A stretch of DNA of 64,000 bases. Source: an uncultured Gemmatimonadales bacterium (lineage in GTDB: Bacteria > Gemmatimonadota > Gemmatimonadetes > Gemmatimonadales > GWC2-71-9). The stretch lies in assembly GCA_963842945.1 (NCBI GenBank), contig CAWJIM010000002.1, positions 160,001-224,000 of the forward strand, written 5' to 3'. Position 1 is the stretch's first letter, and each line of letters begins with the position of its first letter. A model generated the notes under the pieces. It was not told the origin of the DNA and made no database searches. It was given only the letters and a program-made list of their open reading frames with translations. Shown piece by piece: positions 10,493 to 21,842 of this stretch. The position numbers and the translations under genes were made by a program.

Positions 10493-11784
10493 GTCTTGAG
10501 CTCTTTCTTCTTGGCCGCGGGAAACAGGACGTTGTTCAGGATCAGCCGGTATCCCGGCGAGTGGGGATGCAGGGAGAGGTCGGTCGGTACATCACCGATC
10601 TGATGCTGGGGATCCTCCGGATCGTGGCCTCCGAAGAACGTCCAGGTACCTTGCCCGTGCTCGCCATGAATGTATTTGACCCAGGGTGCGCCGGTCTCCT
10701 CACCCAGAACCGTGACGCTGGGCTTCAGCGTCTTACGGCTGAAGGAGGTGGTGAGACCGTAGAAGTCGGGAATGACCTGGCGATGGCTCTGGACCAGCAT
10801 GGTGGCGACGGGATCGATTTTGGCGCTGAAGTTGAACAGGGTAAACGATCCCAGCGGCTGGCGATGCTCCGGCGAGTTGACCTGGTGCCCGTCGATATCG
10901 GAGTACACGGCAATGGTCGGACTCAGCTCCAGCTCGGCGTTCTGGAACGCGAGCGTGCGCTTCCAGTTCATCTTGGCGCTGGCGTTCGGGTCCATGGGGG
11001 TGCCGTCGGCGTAGGAGGCAGCGATGTCCACCTTGTCCGCGGCCAGCGCCAGGTCGAGCGTCTCGGTGGCGGTGCACATCGCAAAGAGGAATCCGCCGCG
11101 CTCCACGAAGTTCGCAATCCCGATGGCCACGGCCTGCTTTTCGGCCGGTACCGAGACAAATCCCTGCGCCTGCGCCATGGCGCGGTTCCGCTCGACCATC
11201 TCCACCAGCCAGGGTGCTCCCGCGTAGTTCAGGAAAAACTTCGAATACTGGCCGGTGAAATCCTCATGGTGCAGATGGAGCCAGTCGTAGTTCTTCAGTT
11301 TCTGATCCAGCACCTCCCCATCCCAGATCTTCTCGAAATCGATACCGGCATAATTCAGCGCCATGGTGACGGCATCGTCCCAGGGCGGCGCGTTCGGTGG
11401 GGCATAGACCGCGACCTTCGGCGGTTTCTCCAGCGGAACGGCATCCATGTTCCCGCCCTGCAGGACACCCCGCGTTTCCGCCAGACGTCCGTCATCAATC
11501 GGCTCCACCGTGACGCCGGCAAGTGCCGCGTCCCTGGCGGTGGCGGTGTCTCCCGGCAGGAGAAAGGACCCGTTTCGGAAGTTGAGAAACCACTCTGCCT
11601 TCGCGCCCCGCTTCAGGGCCCGATAGGCGACGCCGTAGGCCTTGAGATGATCCGCCTGCGCGTCATCCATGGGAACCAGCAGCCATGGTGCCGACGTGCG
11701 ACCGGTGAAGAATCGGGCAGACAGCACCGGATGCAGAGCCGCCAGCCCGGTGCCGGTTCGGACGACAAACTCCCTCCGCTTCAT
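10489..11784 (-). CDS. Tat-exported class I glutamine-amidotransferase-like protein (family often labelled asparagine synthetase B)
   Basis: Twin-Arg signal KRREFVV; DHLKAYG, PWDDAVT, YDWLHLHHEDFTGQY, GGFLFAMC, GGHDPED, SPGYRLILNNVLFPAA. Confidence 0.75.
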   Translation of the reverse strand: MKRREFVVRTGTGLAALHPVLSARFFTGRTSAPWLLVPMDDAQADHLKAYGVAYRALKRGAKAEWFLNFRNGSFLLPGDTATARDAALAGVTVEPIDDGRLAETRGVLQGGNMDAVPLEKPPKVAVYAPPNAPPWDDAVTMALNYAGIDFEKIWDGEVLDQKLKNYDWLHLHHEDFTGQYSKFFLNYAGAPWLVEMVERNRAMAQAQGFVSVPAEKQAVAIGIANFVERGGFLFAMCTATETLDLALAADKVDIAASYADGTPMDPNASAKMNWKRTLAFQNAELELSPTIAVYSDIDGHQVNSPEHRQPLGSFTLFNFSAKIDPVATMLVQSHRQVIPDFYGLTTSFSRKTLKPSVTVLGEETGAPWVKYIHGEHGQGTWTFFGGHDPEDPQHQIGDVPTDLSLHPHSPGYRLILNNVLFPAAKKKELKT

Positions 11785-13517
11785 GTACGGGGGACCGCTC
11801 CCTTGGCTTCGTCCAGCTTGCGACGAGCCTGAGGCAGCAGAGCGCTCTGGGGGTAAGTGAGAATCAGATGTTCCAGCAGGCCCACCGCCTCACCCGCTCT
11901 CCCGGTTCCGATCAGCAGCTCGGCCAGCGCCAGCTCGGCTGCCGGGGCAGTTCCCGGTGCCTCGGGCACGGCTGCGGCCCGGAACAGCCGCTCGGCGTCG
12001 GTGGAGCGGCCACTGGAGAGCAGCAGCCGCCCGGCCAGCAGATTCAGCTCAGCCCCGCCGTGCGGCGGCGGCAGAGCGGAGCTGAGCTGCTCTAACGCGC
12101 TGCTCGCCTTGGCGGTGTCACCCTGCTCCAGCAGCAGCAGTGCGTGACCCAATTTGGGATTGCTGTCGGTTTCGAAGGTCTGCAGCAAAGCCAGCAGCGT
12201 GGTTCGCCAGGTGGCCTCCGCACGATCGCTGCTGTAAGGGCCCGCGGCCCTGAACCGCTCGACCGCGCCCTTGATGTCGCCCTGATACAAACTGACCCGC
12301 CCGCTCACGGCCAAGCCTTCCACGCTGCTGTCGGCGGCGATGGTGGAGTCGGCTCGGGCCAGATCACCAGCCCTGATCCAGGCCGACGCGAGCCTGCGCC
12401 GAAGGCTATCGAACTCGTCGGAGCTGAGCCGGGGGCGGAGCTCATGCAGATGACGTTCAGCTTCGGCCAGCTTGCCTTCGCTGATGAGCACATCCACCAG
12501 GGTGGCTCCGGCGTCAGAGGCGATGGCTGATGGCACCGCACGATCGTCGGATAACCCGCCCAGCATCCGTCGGGCTGCGTTCCGGTCACCCGCGGCCGAG
12601 TAGGCCTGAGCGGCTTCCAGTCGAAACCGTGCGGCCTGGCTCGGCGGAGAGCGCTCCGCCAGCGCTTCGAGAATCCGCCCCTGCGTCTGCTTTCCCGCCG
12701 GCGTCTGGTCGGGCCGGAGCTGATCGAGTAATCCCCGCAAAGCCGCGATCGCTTGGATGCGGTCCTCCGGAAGGCCGCTCAGAATGACTCGGAGCGCGCC
12801 GGAAGGATCGCCCCACCGGGCGCGCAGCTCTGCCTCCAGTCGGTTAGCGGCGAAATCCGTTTGCGAGCCCAAAATGCCCAGCAGATCGGGACGCAGGCGC
12901 TCTGGCGCCTGACTCAGGCTCGACACCGCCGCACTGCGGTAGCCGGGGAACTTGCGTATTGCGAGCAGCCATTCGCGTAGCGCCGCTGGGTAATCGCCGT
13001 TTGCCAGTGCCACCTGCGCCAACTCCGCCGCCAGCGCGTCCGGCTGACCGAGTCGGGCCCGGCCTCGCAGGTACGCAGCTTGGGCCCCGGCCCGGTTCTG
13101 TCGCCCCAACTCCGCCGCACCCCACTCGCGGTAGGGAGACTCATCGCCGGGCACCAGTTGGGCCCACTGCTCGGCCGTATTGCGGACCGAGTCGGGCTGC
13201 CCGGCAGCGGCCCAGGCCCGAAGCGCAATGCCGTAGATCGCCGGATTCCGCGGAGCCGCTTTCAGGGCACTCCGGATGGAAGGGATGATTTCCCCGCTGC
13301 GGTTGAGCGGCAGCAGCGAGCGCTCCAACCCGAGCAAGGCGGATATCTCCGCCGGCGAGCCGCGCAGGACAGACCCATACGCCTGAGCCGCCGCGGCATA
13401 GTCCCCCCGCCGCTCGAGATCGAGCGCCCGGTTGAGTCCTGCCGGCTGTTGACCCGCTACCCGAGCGGGCGCAAAGACAGCGGCGGCGATGATGAGGATG
13501 AGCACCGGAGTACGCAT
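11781..13517 (-). CDS. Secreted TPR-repeat protein
   Basis: Sec signal peptide, helical Ala/Leu repeats, C-terminal LEHLILTYPQS..QARRKL. Confidence 0.8.
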   Translation of the reverse strand: MRTPVLILIIAAAVFAPARVAGQQPAGLNRALDLERRGDYAAAAQAYGSVLRGSPAEISALLGLERSLLPLNRSGEIIPSIRSALKAAPRNPAIYGIALRAWAAAGQPDSVRNTAEQWAQLVPGDESPYREWGAAELGRQNRAGAQAAYLRGRARLGQPDALAAELAQVALANGDYPAALREWLLAIRKFPGYRSAAVSSLSQAPERLRPDLLGILGSQTDFAANRLEAELRARWGDPSGALRVILSGLPEDRIQAIAALRGLLDQLRPDQTPAGKQTQGRILEALAERSPPSQAARFRLEAAQAYSAAGDRNAARRMLGGLSDDRAVPSAIASDAGATLVDVLISEGKLAEAERHLHELRPRLSSDEFDSLRRRLASAWIRAGDLARADSTIAADSSVEGLAVSGRVSLYQGDIKGAVERFRAAGPYSSDRAEATWRTTLLALLQTFETDSNPKLGHALLLLEQGDTAKASSALEQLSSALPPPHGGAELNLLAGRLLLSSGRSTDAERLFRAAAVPEAPGTAPAAELALAELLIGTGRAGEAVGLLEHLILTYPQSALLPQARRKLDEAKGAVPRT

Positions 13518-13810
13518 CGATTTACCTTGTCGGCGGCTGGGTCAGGCGGCGGAGGTAATCTATTCCGAACCGGGTCAGCTTGGGCATAACTGGATACTAC
13601 TCCAGAGGCGACTCGAGAGGGAGTTCGGTTAGAACGAGTAGTCCACTGTAGTCCCGAGTAGTCAGCTGTTGTGGCCCAGTTCTGACACAGCGGCCAACAG
13701 AGAATATGATCGCGCTAAGATGTCGCTGAAAGAATCGGCTCGATGAGTGCCTTAGAAAACGCCGCTGGTCGCATGGCCCGGCAAGAAAATTTCGGATATA
13801 GCTTTCTAGC

Positions 13811-16466
13811 GTGGAATCGACGGCCCTGCGCACCCAGCTACAGACAGCCCTGGCCAAGTCCTACACCCTAGAGCGCGAGATTGGACGCGGGGGCATGGCG
13901 ACGGTCTATCTCGCCCATGACCTGCGGCACGACCGCCCGGTTGCGCTCAAGGTCCTCCACCCCGAGCTCAGCGCCGCGCTGGGTCCGGAGCGCTTCCTCC
14001 GGGAGATCCGGCTCTGCGCCCGCCTGCAGCATCCGCACATCGTCTCGGTTCACGACAGCGGCGAAGGCGGCGGCCTGCTGTGGTTCACCATGCCGTTCAT
14101 CGATGGCGAAACGCTGCGAGAGCGGCTCGCCCGGGAGAAGCAGCTGCCGGTGGAGGAGGCGCTGCGTCTCACCCGCGAGGTAGCCCTGGCCCTCGACTAC
14201 GCTCACCGGCATGGCGTGATCCACCGCGACATCAAGCCGGAGAACATCCTGCTCTGCGACAACCAGGCGCTGGTGGCGGACTTCGGCATTGGGCGGGCAC
14301 TCGGGTTGCCGGGGGCCGGCGAGCGACTGACCGAGACCGGATTCGTGGTCGGCACGCCGGCGTACATGAGCCCGGAGCAGGCTGCTGGTGAGCGAGACCT
14401 GGACGGCCGGTCCGATATCTACAGCCTGGGCGTGGTGCTGTACGAGATGTTGGCCGGTGAGCCGCCCTTCACCGGTGCAACTGCACAGGCGCTACTGGCA
14501 AAGCGCCTGACCGGCGACATCCCACCGATCAGCCGGGTTCGGCCGACCGTGCCCCAGGAGATAGAGCGGGTCGTAGGAAAGGCGCTCTCCTCCAACCCCG
14601 CCGATCGCTTCACCACGCCGGCCGCATTCGCTCAGGCCTTGTCACAGCCTGTACTCGAACGCACCGAGGCTCTGCATCCCTCTCCGAGAGCCCGGCGCCG
14701 AATCCGCCTGGCGCCGCTTCTTGTCGTTTTGGCCGTGGCCGCGACCTTGGTTGCCTTCCTCTTGCTTCGGCGGAATTCGGCGGCCGAGGGCGTACGCGCG
14801 GGCTCAACCCGTCTCGCGGTTCTTCCCTTCGACAACCTGGGCACGCCGGAGAATGACTATCTCGCCGACGGAATAACCGACGCGGTGCGCGGAAAACTGC
14901 ATCACCGTGCCGGGAATCCAGGTGATCGCCCGCAATAGCTCGAGTCAGTACAAGCAGACCGCCAAGACCCCACAGCAGATCGGGCGGGAGCTCGACGTGC
15001 GCTATCTCCTGACTGGAACGGTGCGCTGGGACGAGGCTCCAGGCGGGTCCCGGCGGGTGCAGGTGAGTCCGGAGTTGATCGACGTCGCCGATGCCACGGC
15101 AGAGTGGCAGCAGCCGTTTGACGCGCCGCTCACCGATGTGTTCCAGGTCCAGGCGGATATCGCCGGACGAGTGGCCGAGGCCCTGGGGGTGGCGCTGGGC
15201 ACGGGCGAGCGGCAGGTCCTGGCCGAGCGGCCCACGGCCAACCTGGCGGCCTACCATGCCTATCTCAAGGGCGAGGAGATTTCGGCTGGGCTGGCGACTG
15301 GCGGGACCGTCGCCCTAAGACGAGCGGCGACCTACTACGAGCAGGCGGTGGCCCTCGACTCCACCTTCGCTCTCGCCTGGGTCCAGCTCTCCCGAGCCAA
15401 CTCGCTGCTCTACTTTCGCGGGGCGACCGGCAGGACTACCGCAGAGCAGGCGCTGCGCGCGGCCCAGCGCGCGCTGGACTTGGCGCCTGAGCGTGCCGAG
15501 GCGCACCTCGCGATCGGCGATTATCACTCGAACGTGGTGGGCGACTACGCGGCCGCGCTGGACCAGTACGCCCAAGGCCGTCGCCTTACCCCGGCCAGCG
15601 CCGACCTGCTCACCGCCACCGCACTCGCCGAGCAGAGGCTGGGTCACTGGGACTTGGCGCTCAAACATCTGGACGAGGCGCGGCGAGTGGATCCCCGCTC
15701 CGCCTTCGCCGCCCGACGATACGCATTCGCCCTCCAGTGGCTGCGGCGATATGACGATTCGTTCGCCGCCTACAACACCACGCTGGCGTTGGATTCGCTC
15801 AATCTCGCCTCACTCGAGCAGAGAGCCATGGTCCGCCTGGCCCAGGGTGACCTGCCCGGGGCCCGCGCCGCGCTCCGTGCAGCCCCGCGAGAGGTGGAGC
15901 CGACGGCTCTGGTGGCCTATGTAGCTACCTACTGGGATCTGGTGTGGCTGCTCGACCAAGAGCACCTCGAGCTGCTCTTGAGACTGACCCCGGCGCCGTT
16001 TGGAGACGACCGGGGCGACTGGGGTCTGGCGCTGGCTCAGGGTCATGCCCTCCGGGGTGACTCGAGCCGAGCCCGGGCGTACGCCGACTCCGCAAATGTG
16101 TTTTTCGAGGAGGAGATTCGAGCTACCCCCGATGATTACCAGACCCGTATGGCCCGGGCGCTCGACCTGGCCTATCTGGATCGGAAGGCAGACGCGGTGC
16201 GGGAGGGTGAGCGGGTGGTGGCGGCGCGTCCGGTTTCCAAGGATGCGTACACCGGCGCCTACTTCCAGCACCAGCTGGCCCGGATCTATCTCCTCGCGGG
16301 TAAGCCCGACCAGGCGATCAATGTGCTCGAGCGGCTGCTGAAGATCCCCTATTTCCTGTCGCCTGAATGGCTCCGGATCGACCCGACGTTCGAGCCGCTC
16401 CAGAGTTATCCTCGATTTCAGAAGCTGATTGAAAGATCTCGGCGTCCGGGTCAGGCGCGCGGGTAG
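13811..16466 (+). CDS. Hanks-type Ser/Thr kinase with TM, TolB-N-like and TPR domains (frameshift near 14905)
   Basis: GRGGMATVY, VALK, HRDIKPEN, DFG, YMSPEQ, DIYSLG; TM; LAVLPFDN..DGITD; TPRs; C-terminal WLRIDPTFEPL. Confidence 0.92.
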
Positions 16467-16543
16467 TGGTTTTGAGGCCTCTGAAGCTGCCGGGTTGGGA
16501 CATTGCCGACCCTGTGCCAGGAGCGGTTGTGTATGTGGTGAAA

Positions 16544-19500
16544 TTAGCGGGGGTTGCTCGGCCGGGGTTCGGAGAGGCGGCGGAAGTAATCCACCACCAG
16601 TCGCCGCTCCTCCGGCGACAGCTCCTGCAGCTCTTCCCATGAGGGAACCCGGAGCCGCTGATCGTCGCCCATCAGCCGGGCCTGCAAGGCGGCCGGCAAG
16701 TGGACGCTGTCGTCCGTTGCCGTGGTGCTCTGCCGCTCCTTCCGTTGATCTTCTTCCCGGCCCTGCAGCGTGCGACCGGCATCCAGCATGCGGCGGAACA
16801 GTCTCTCCTGGCGCTCGACCACCTGACGGTCGAGCCGGCCCGCCTCCAAACGCCGGGACAGGTCCTTGGCCTCGTCCGCCATCTGCCCCGCTCCCGAGAT
16901 GTCGCCCTCCCCCCGAAGCCTCTCCAGCTCCTGAGCCAAAGCCCGCTGCCTGGCGGCCAGCCGCTGGAGCTGCTCTTGCATCCCACCGCGACCGATCATC
17001 GGCAGTAATCCGGCGCCCTCCTTGCCCAGGCCACCCTGCTGCTGCGCTAATTGAGCCATGCGCTCGAGAGCTTCGGCCAGGCCCGAGCCCGACTGCGCGC
17101 CCGAGACATCGTCGCGAGCCCGAAGCAGCTGATGGGCAGCGGCATTCAGATCATCCACTGCGTTGCCGGCCTGCTCCGATGCTTCCCGCGTGTTCGGGGC
17201 CGCCGAGGAGATGGCTTCACGGGCGCCCTTCATCTCCACTTGCGCGGCGCCCAGCGCGGCGGCGATTTGGGGCGAGACCAGCGCGTTCTTGCCGCCAGCC
17301 TGCTTCATCTGCTCGAGAATCTTTTTCACTCCTTCTTCTATCGCAGCTTGTTCGGCGCGAGTGGCCGCATCCGGCCCGCCCCGCTGAAGGTCCTCCTGAA
17401 CCTTCAGCTGGCGCTCGGCCAAGCGACTGGTTTCGGTCAGGGCCTGGTCCATGGTCTGGGCCACTTCCTTCCTCCACTGTTGCTGTAGCTGCTGCCGTTG
17501 CCGCTGGATCTCGTCGCCCAGAGGATCGAGCGAGCGCGATGCCGCTTCACCCCGATCTCGTGCGTCCCGGCGCTGGCCCTGGCGCATGGCCCCGGCGGCG
17601 CGGCGCATCTGCTCCGCTGCCATTCGGGCCCGGCCAGCCGAGGCATGCAGGCTGTCTGGACGGTCTGCTTCCGCCGTCTGCCCTGCTGCCCGCTTGAGCG
17701 CGGCGGTGAGCGAGTCGGTGCGCCGGGCCAGCTGCTGCTCGGATTGAGCCGACCGGGTACTGTCGCCGGAGCCGGTTTGCTGGTTCCACTGGCGCTGCTC
17801 CTGAGCCAGCTCCTTGGATTCCTGCGCCAGGTTTGCCAGGTCTCCTTCCAGCGCTGCTCGGCGGAACAGCTCCCGGCTTCGCTCCAGCGCCTCACGCAGC
17901 TGCCGCTGCACATCGCTCAACTGCTCCAGCGCATCTTTCGTGCGCTCCGCGTCCAGATCCTTCAGGGCCTGCTGTAGCGCCGCGAGCCTTTCCCGCAACT
18001 CTGGAGACACCGCCCGATCCAGCTGATCCCTTATCTCGGCGAGCTGGCGTTGCCAGCTCGAGTCGTTCAGGCCGGCCGCCTCGGCGCTCCGCTGCAACGC
18101 CTCGAGCGACTGCTTGAGGCTCTCCGCGCTCCGAACCAGGTCTTCCTGCGATCGGGCGACCGCCTGCGCTCGCTGGGACTCCTCGTACGTCAGCGATTCC
18201 CGGTTCCTCTCTCCCTGGCCGGTGGGCCGGAGCCGCTCCTGCGCCAGATCGTCGGTCTGCCGTTCAACCCGACGGCTCGCTTCGAGCACCGAATCCAGCT
18301 GGCCGGTGACGGACTGGCTGGCCTGCCGCTCCGCCGCCCTCACCTCACTCATGGTGGGCAGCCGGAGCACGAATTCACGTGACCGCCCAACGTGAGCCCG
18401 CGGTGCATTGTCCATTGCACTGGCCCGGTACCGCACGGTATCCCCGGGGAGAAGTCCTCGCCGATTGAGATCGAGGGTATAGCTGAGAATGGCCCGGTCG
18501 GTGCTCTCGTTCGGAAGAGGGACCCTCTCCCGCCGAGTGGAGTCTGCTACGCCAAATCGGCTGATCCGGCGACTCTCCACCGTCACCGCGGAAACCCGAT
18601 GATCGTCACGCACATCGAGCACCAGGGGAAGCTTGAGACTCAGCGGCGCGAGCGTGTCCGTTCCCGGCACCGGTATGGCTACTGCGGGGCGCTATCCAAC
18701 ACCAGGCGAATGGGCAGCCACACCGAGTCGCCCGCGATCGCCGCGCCGGTTCGGGTGACCAATCCCAGTTGATACGCACCCGAACGAACCGGTGTGAAGC
18801 TCCCGAAAAAGCGATTCCCGTTCACCTGCAACGACTCTGCAGCGGCGCCATTTCTCCAGCTTGCGCCGGCCAGAGGCGCCGTGACCTCTCCCCTCGTTTC
18901 CAGCCTGGTGCCCGCCGGCAGGATCAGCGTGTCTCCGCCGGTTGGTACCGGCTCGTTTTCGAGTCCCAAATAGCCGGGGTACTTCGCGGTCACCTCAATG
19001 GATCCGAGAAACACCGGGAGCCGAACCCGTACGGCTATGGTGTCAGAGGCGCGACTTCCGCTGGTCAACCGGGCGAACAGATCACTGGTGAGTGGAGGGG
19101 TAGAGACCGTTGCCCGGCCGAGCGAATCCAGCCGAACACCGAGAGGCTTCCAGCTTTCTCCGGGCGAGCGGAGCCAGAGTGTAGCGGCCTTACGGCCCAT
19201 GGCTTCCAGGTGAAGCTGCACCGGCTCACCGCGGTCAACTGTGGATCGCTCGGCCCGCAGCCGGACAGGAGCAACGGTGGCTTCCCACGACCTGCCGGGG
19301 TACCAAAGCGCAGCAGCCACGCCTTTGACCGGCCCCGCCGTGGTAAAGGCCAGGATTCCAATCAGTAGAAAAACGGCGCTTCCCAGGAGCAGCGCTCGAA
19401 CCGGACGAGCGATTGGCTCCAGTGCCGAGTGACCGCGCGCGCGGATTTCGTCGGCCTGGGTGCGATCGGCCAGCTGGAACAGCGCGTGACTGGTGCCGGA

Positions 19501-19824
19501 CGCCGAGCGGTCCAGCAGTGCCGTCAAGCTTCCCCGCCGCCAGGCACCGAGATCCTCCAGACTGCGGGCCAGAGACGGCGGAGTCAGCTGGCGTTGGTTG
19601 CGCCAGGCCAGATAGGCGATGCCGCCAAGTCCCACGAGGGCAAGCCCCCAGGCGGCCAGCACCCAGTACGGGGCCGTGAGCCAGCCGAGCCGAACCAGCC
19701 AGGCCGAGCCGCCCAGCAGAAGGGCGGCGGTGCCCAGCGCCAAGGCGATCCAGGCCAGCCAACTCCGGCTCCTGAGTGGCTGGACCAGATGGTGAAGCTC
19801 CTGCTGCGTCGCAAGCGCCGTCAC
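16544..19824 (-). CDS. DUF4175-like large membrane-anchored coiled-coil protein (one frameshift near 18685 joins ORFs 18679..19824 and 16544..18670)
   Basis: Three N-terminal TMs, beta-rich middle with DDHRV..PGD..Y..A.DN, Gln-rich coiled coil, C-terminal EERRLVVDYFRRL. Adding one G restores DSAPAVAIPVP across the junction. Confidence 0.8.
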
Positions 19825-20483
19825 CCGCCGTACCCCACGGCGTAGGCGAACAGGTTTACACCCATCCGAAGCGCCGACTCTCTCTTCTCTGGAGGATCGT
19901 GGTGCACCTCGGGATCCTCCCAGCCGTCACCCAGATCCGATTGATAGGAGTAGTACACGACCAACCGGCCGTCGAGGAAAATTCCGAAGCCCTGCGCCGG
20001 CTTGCCGTCGTGGACGTGAATCTTGGGAATGCCCTTGGGAAAGTCGTAGACCAGATGATAGATCGGATGATCGAGCGGAACTTCGACCAGCGGGTGATCG
20101 GGAAAAAGCCGGCCCAGCTCGCGCCGCATCGAGGCGTCCATTCCGTAGTTATCGTCGGCGTGAAGAAATCCCCCTTGCTCCAGATAACGACGCAGCGTGC
20201 GAAGGTCCTCGTCGCTCCAGTGCACATTGCCGTGACCGGTCATGTAAATGTACGGCACGTTCCACAGGTCGTCGTCCCGCAGGGTGACGACCTTTTCCTC
20301 GGGGGCCACGCGAAGGACAGTACGGGTTCTGAGCGCGGTGAGCAGGTTGGGAAGACTGGAGGGGTTCGCGTACCAGTCGCCTCCCCCGTCATAGTGCAGG
20401 CGGCCGATGGTCATCACCGGCGGCGCCGGCGGGAGCGGCGCCAGGCCAGCGGTAACAAGCAGTGGAAGGAGCGATCGAATCAC
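19821..20483 (-). CDS. DUF4159 domain protein (secreted)
   Basis: Signal peptide; YDGGGDWY.NP, PYIYMTGHG, GGFLHADDNYG, DLGDGWED, MGVN. Confidence 0.85.
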   Translation of the reverse strand: MIRSLLPLLVTAGLAPLPPAPPVMTIGRLHYDGGGDWYANPSSLPNLLTALRTRTVLRVAPEEKVVTLRDDDLWNVPYIYMTGHGNVHWSDEDLRTLRRYLEQGGFLHADDNYGMDASMRRELGRLFPDHPLVEVPLDHPIYHLVYDFPKGIPKIHVHDGKPAQGFGIFLDGRLVVYYSYQSDLGDGWEDPEVHHDPPEKRESALRMGVNLFAYAVGYGG

Positions 20484-21317
20484 GGGAGCTCCATGACCAG
20501 CTTGTAAGCCTCGTTGCGGGGAATCCCCATGGACTCGGTGAGCCTCCGGACCACTTCACGGCGAGTCAGGCCCTCAGCGAGCAGCGTGGTGGCCTGTTCG
20601 GTAGCGTCCTCGGTGCGATCGGGCTCGGCCGGCGGAACCCCGGTGCCTTCGAGAACCACAGTAATTTCACCCCGCACGAGGCGTCTCCGAGTAGTAATCG
20701 GCGAGCTCGGCCACCGTTCCAGCCCGAATCTCTTCATGGAGCTTGGTGAGCTCGCGCGCCACCACAACCCGTCGACTACCACCCGTGAGCGGCATCAAAT
20801 CCGCCAGCAACCTGGCCAATCGGGGCGGGGCCTCATAGAACACGACGCTCCACTCCTCGGTGGCGGCACGCGTCAGCAGCCGGGCCCGGTCGCGGCCCTT
20901 TCGAGGTATGAAGCCGAGGAACAAATACCGGTCTCCGGTAAAGCCCGATGCCGAGAGCGCCGTGGAGACGGCCGAGGGCCCTGGAATGGGTACAATCGCA
21001 ATGCCGGCCGCCCGGACCAGGGAGATCAGATCGGCGCCCGGATCGCTTACCGTGGGCGTCCCGGCGTCGGAGACGAGGGCTACGTCTCGACCCGAGCGCA
21101 GAGTCTCGAGCAGGGTCTCCGAGCGATGATCGCCGGAGTGGGCATGGAAGCTCAGCAGTGTCGGCGCAACACCCAGGTGCGTCAGCAGCCCCCGGGTTCT
21201 GCGAGTGTCCTCCGCGGCCACAACGGGAACGGCGCGGAGTATTTCAATGGCTCGACTGGACAAATCACCCAGGTTGCCCAGCGGAGTGGCGACGACGTAG
21301 AGGGTACCAGGGTTCAT
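20480..21317 (-). CDS. rsmI: 16S rRNA (cytidine1402-2'-O)-methyltransferase (frameshift near 20680)
   Basis: LYVVATPLGNLGD, AEDTR, VSDAGTP.VSDPG, PGPSA, FYEAP, ARELTKLHEE, RGEITVV. Confidence 0.95.
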
Positions 21318-21324
21318 TGGAAGT

Positions 21325-21455
21325 GGGGAAGGACGGGAAAGAGCGGGAAGGCATGCATGAAGGAGGGAAGGCAGTTCGGCCTATTGCCTAACAGCATTCC
21401 CCCCCGTGCCTCTCACCATCCCGTCTTTCCCGACCTTCCCGTCTTTCCCGTCCTT
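21325..21455. repeat. Nonamer (TTCCCGWCY) tandem repeat with inverted partner
   Basis: 21329-21351 pairs with 21434-21455 with one bulge; CCC runs at 21420, 21429, 21438 and 21447 give exact 9-nt periodicity. Confidence 0.75.
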
Positions 21456-21792
21456 AGGACAGATGCTGCTTGATCTTGCCTTCCAGCGTCGCCTTGGGCA
21501 CCGCACCGATCACCGTGTCCACGTGCTGGCCGTTCTTAAAGAAGAGGATGCTCGGAATGGATCGAACGTTGAAGCGCATGGCGGTGCGCTGGTTGGCATC
21601 CACATCCACCTTTGCGACTTTGGCCTTTCCGGCGTACTCGCCGGCCAGCTGCTCCAGGATAGGCGCCACGATCTGACAGGGACCACACCAGGTTGCCCAA
21701 AAGTCAACCAGCACGAGCCCATCCGCCTGCTCGATTTCCGTGGCGAAAGAGGCATCGCTTACTTGTACGGCAGAGGTATTCGTTGCGCCCAT
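21454..21792 (-). CDS. trxA: Thioredoxin
   Basis: VDFWATWCGPC, VRSIP, GAVPK. Confidence 0.96.
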   Translation of the reverse strand: MGATNTSAVQVSDASFATEIEQADGLVLVDFWATWCGPCQIVAPILEQLAGEYAGKAKVAKVDVDANQRTAMRFNVRSIPSILFFKNGQHVDTVIGAVPKATLEGKIKQHLS

Positions 21793-21842
21793 CTAATTAT
21801 TCTCCTGTGATGTTGTAGGCCCCGCAAGACCTGGAGGAATCG

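Noticed and set aside
8510..10603. 697-aa plus-strand ORF and similar long antisense ORFs (10561..11832, 24060..25532, 31123..32418, 54600..55898)
   Set aside because: Shadow ORFs opposite well-supported genes, expected in high-GC DNA; no motifs.
10489..11784. Calling this gene asnB
   Set aside because: No Ntn Cys or ATP-pyrophosphatase motif, and it carries an export signal.
18670..18690. TAG read-through, or two separate genes in the DUF4175-like locus
   Set aside because: The downstream part is in a different frame; one missing G explains the break.
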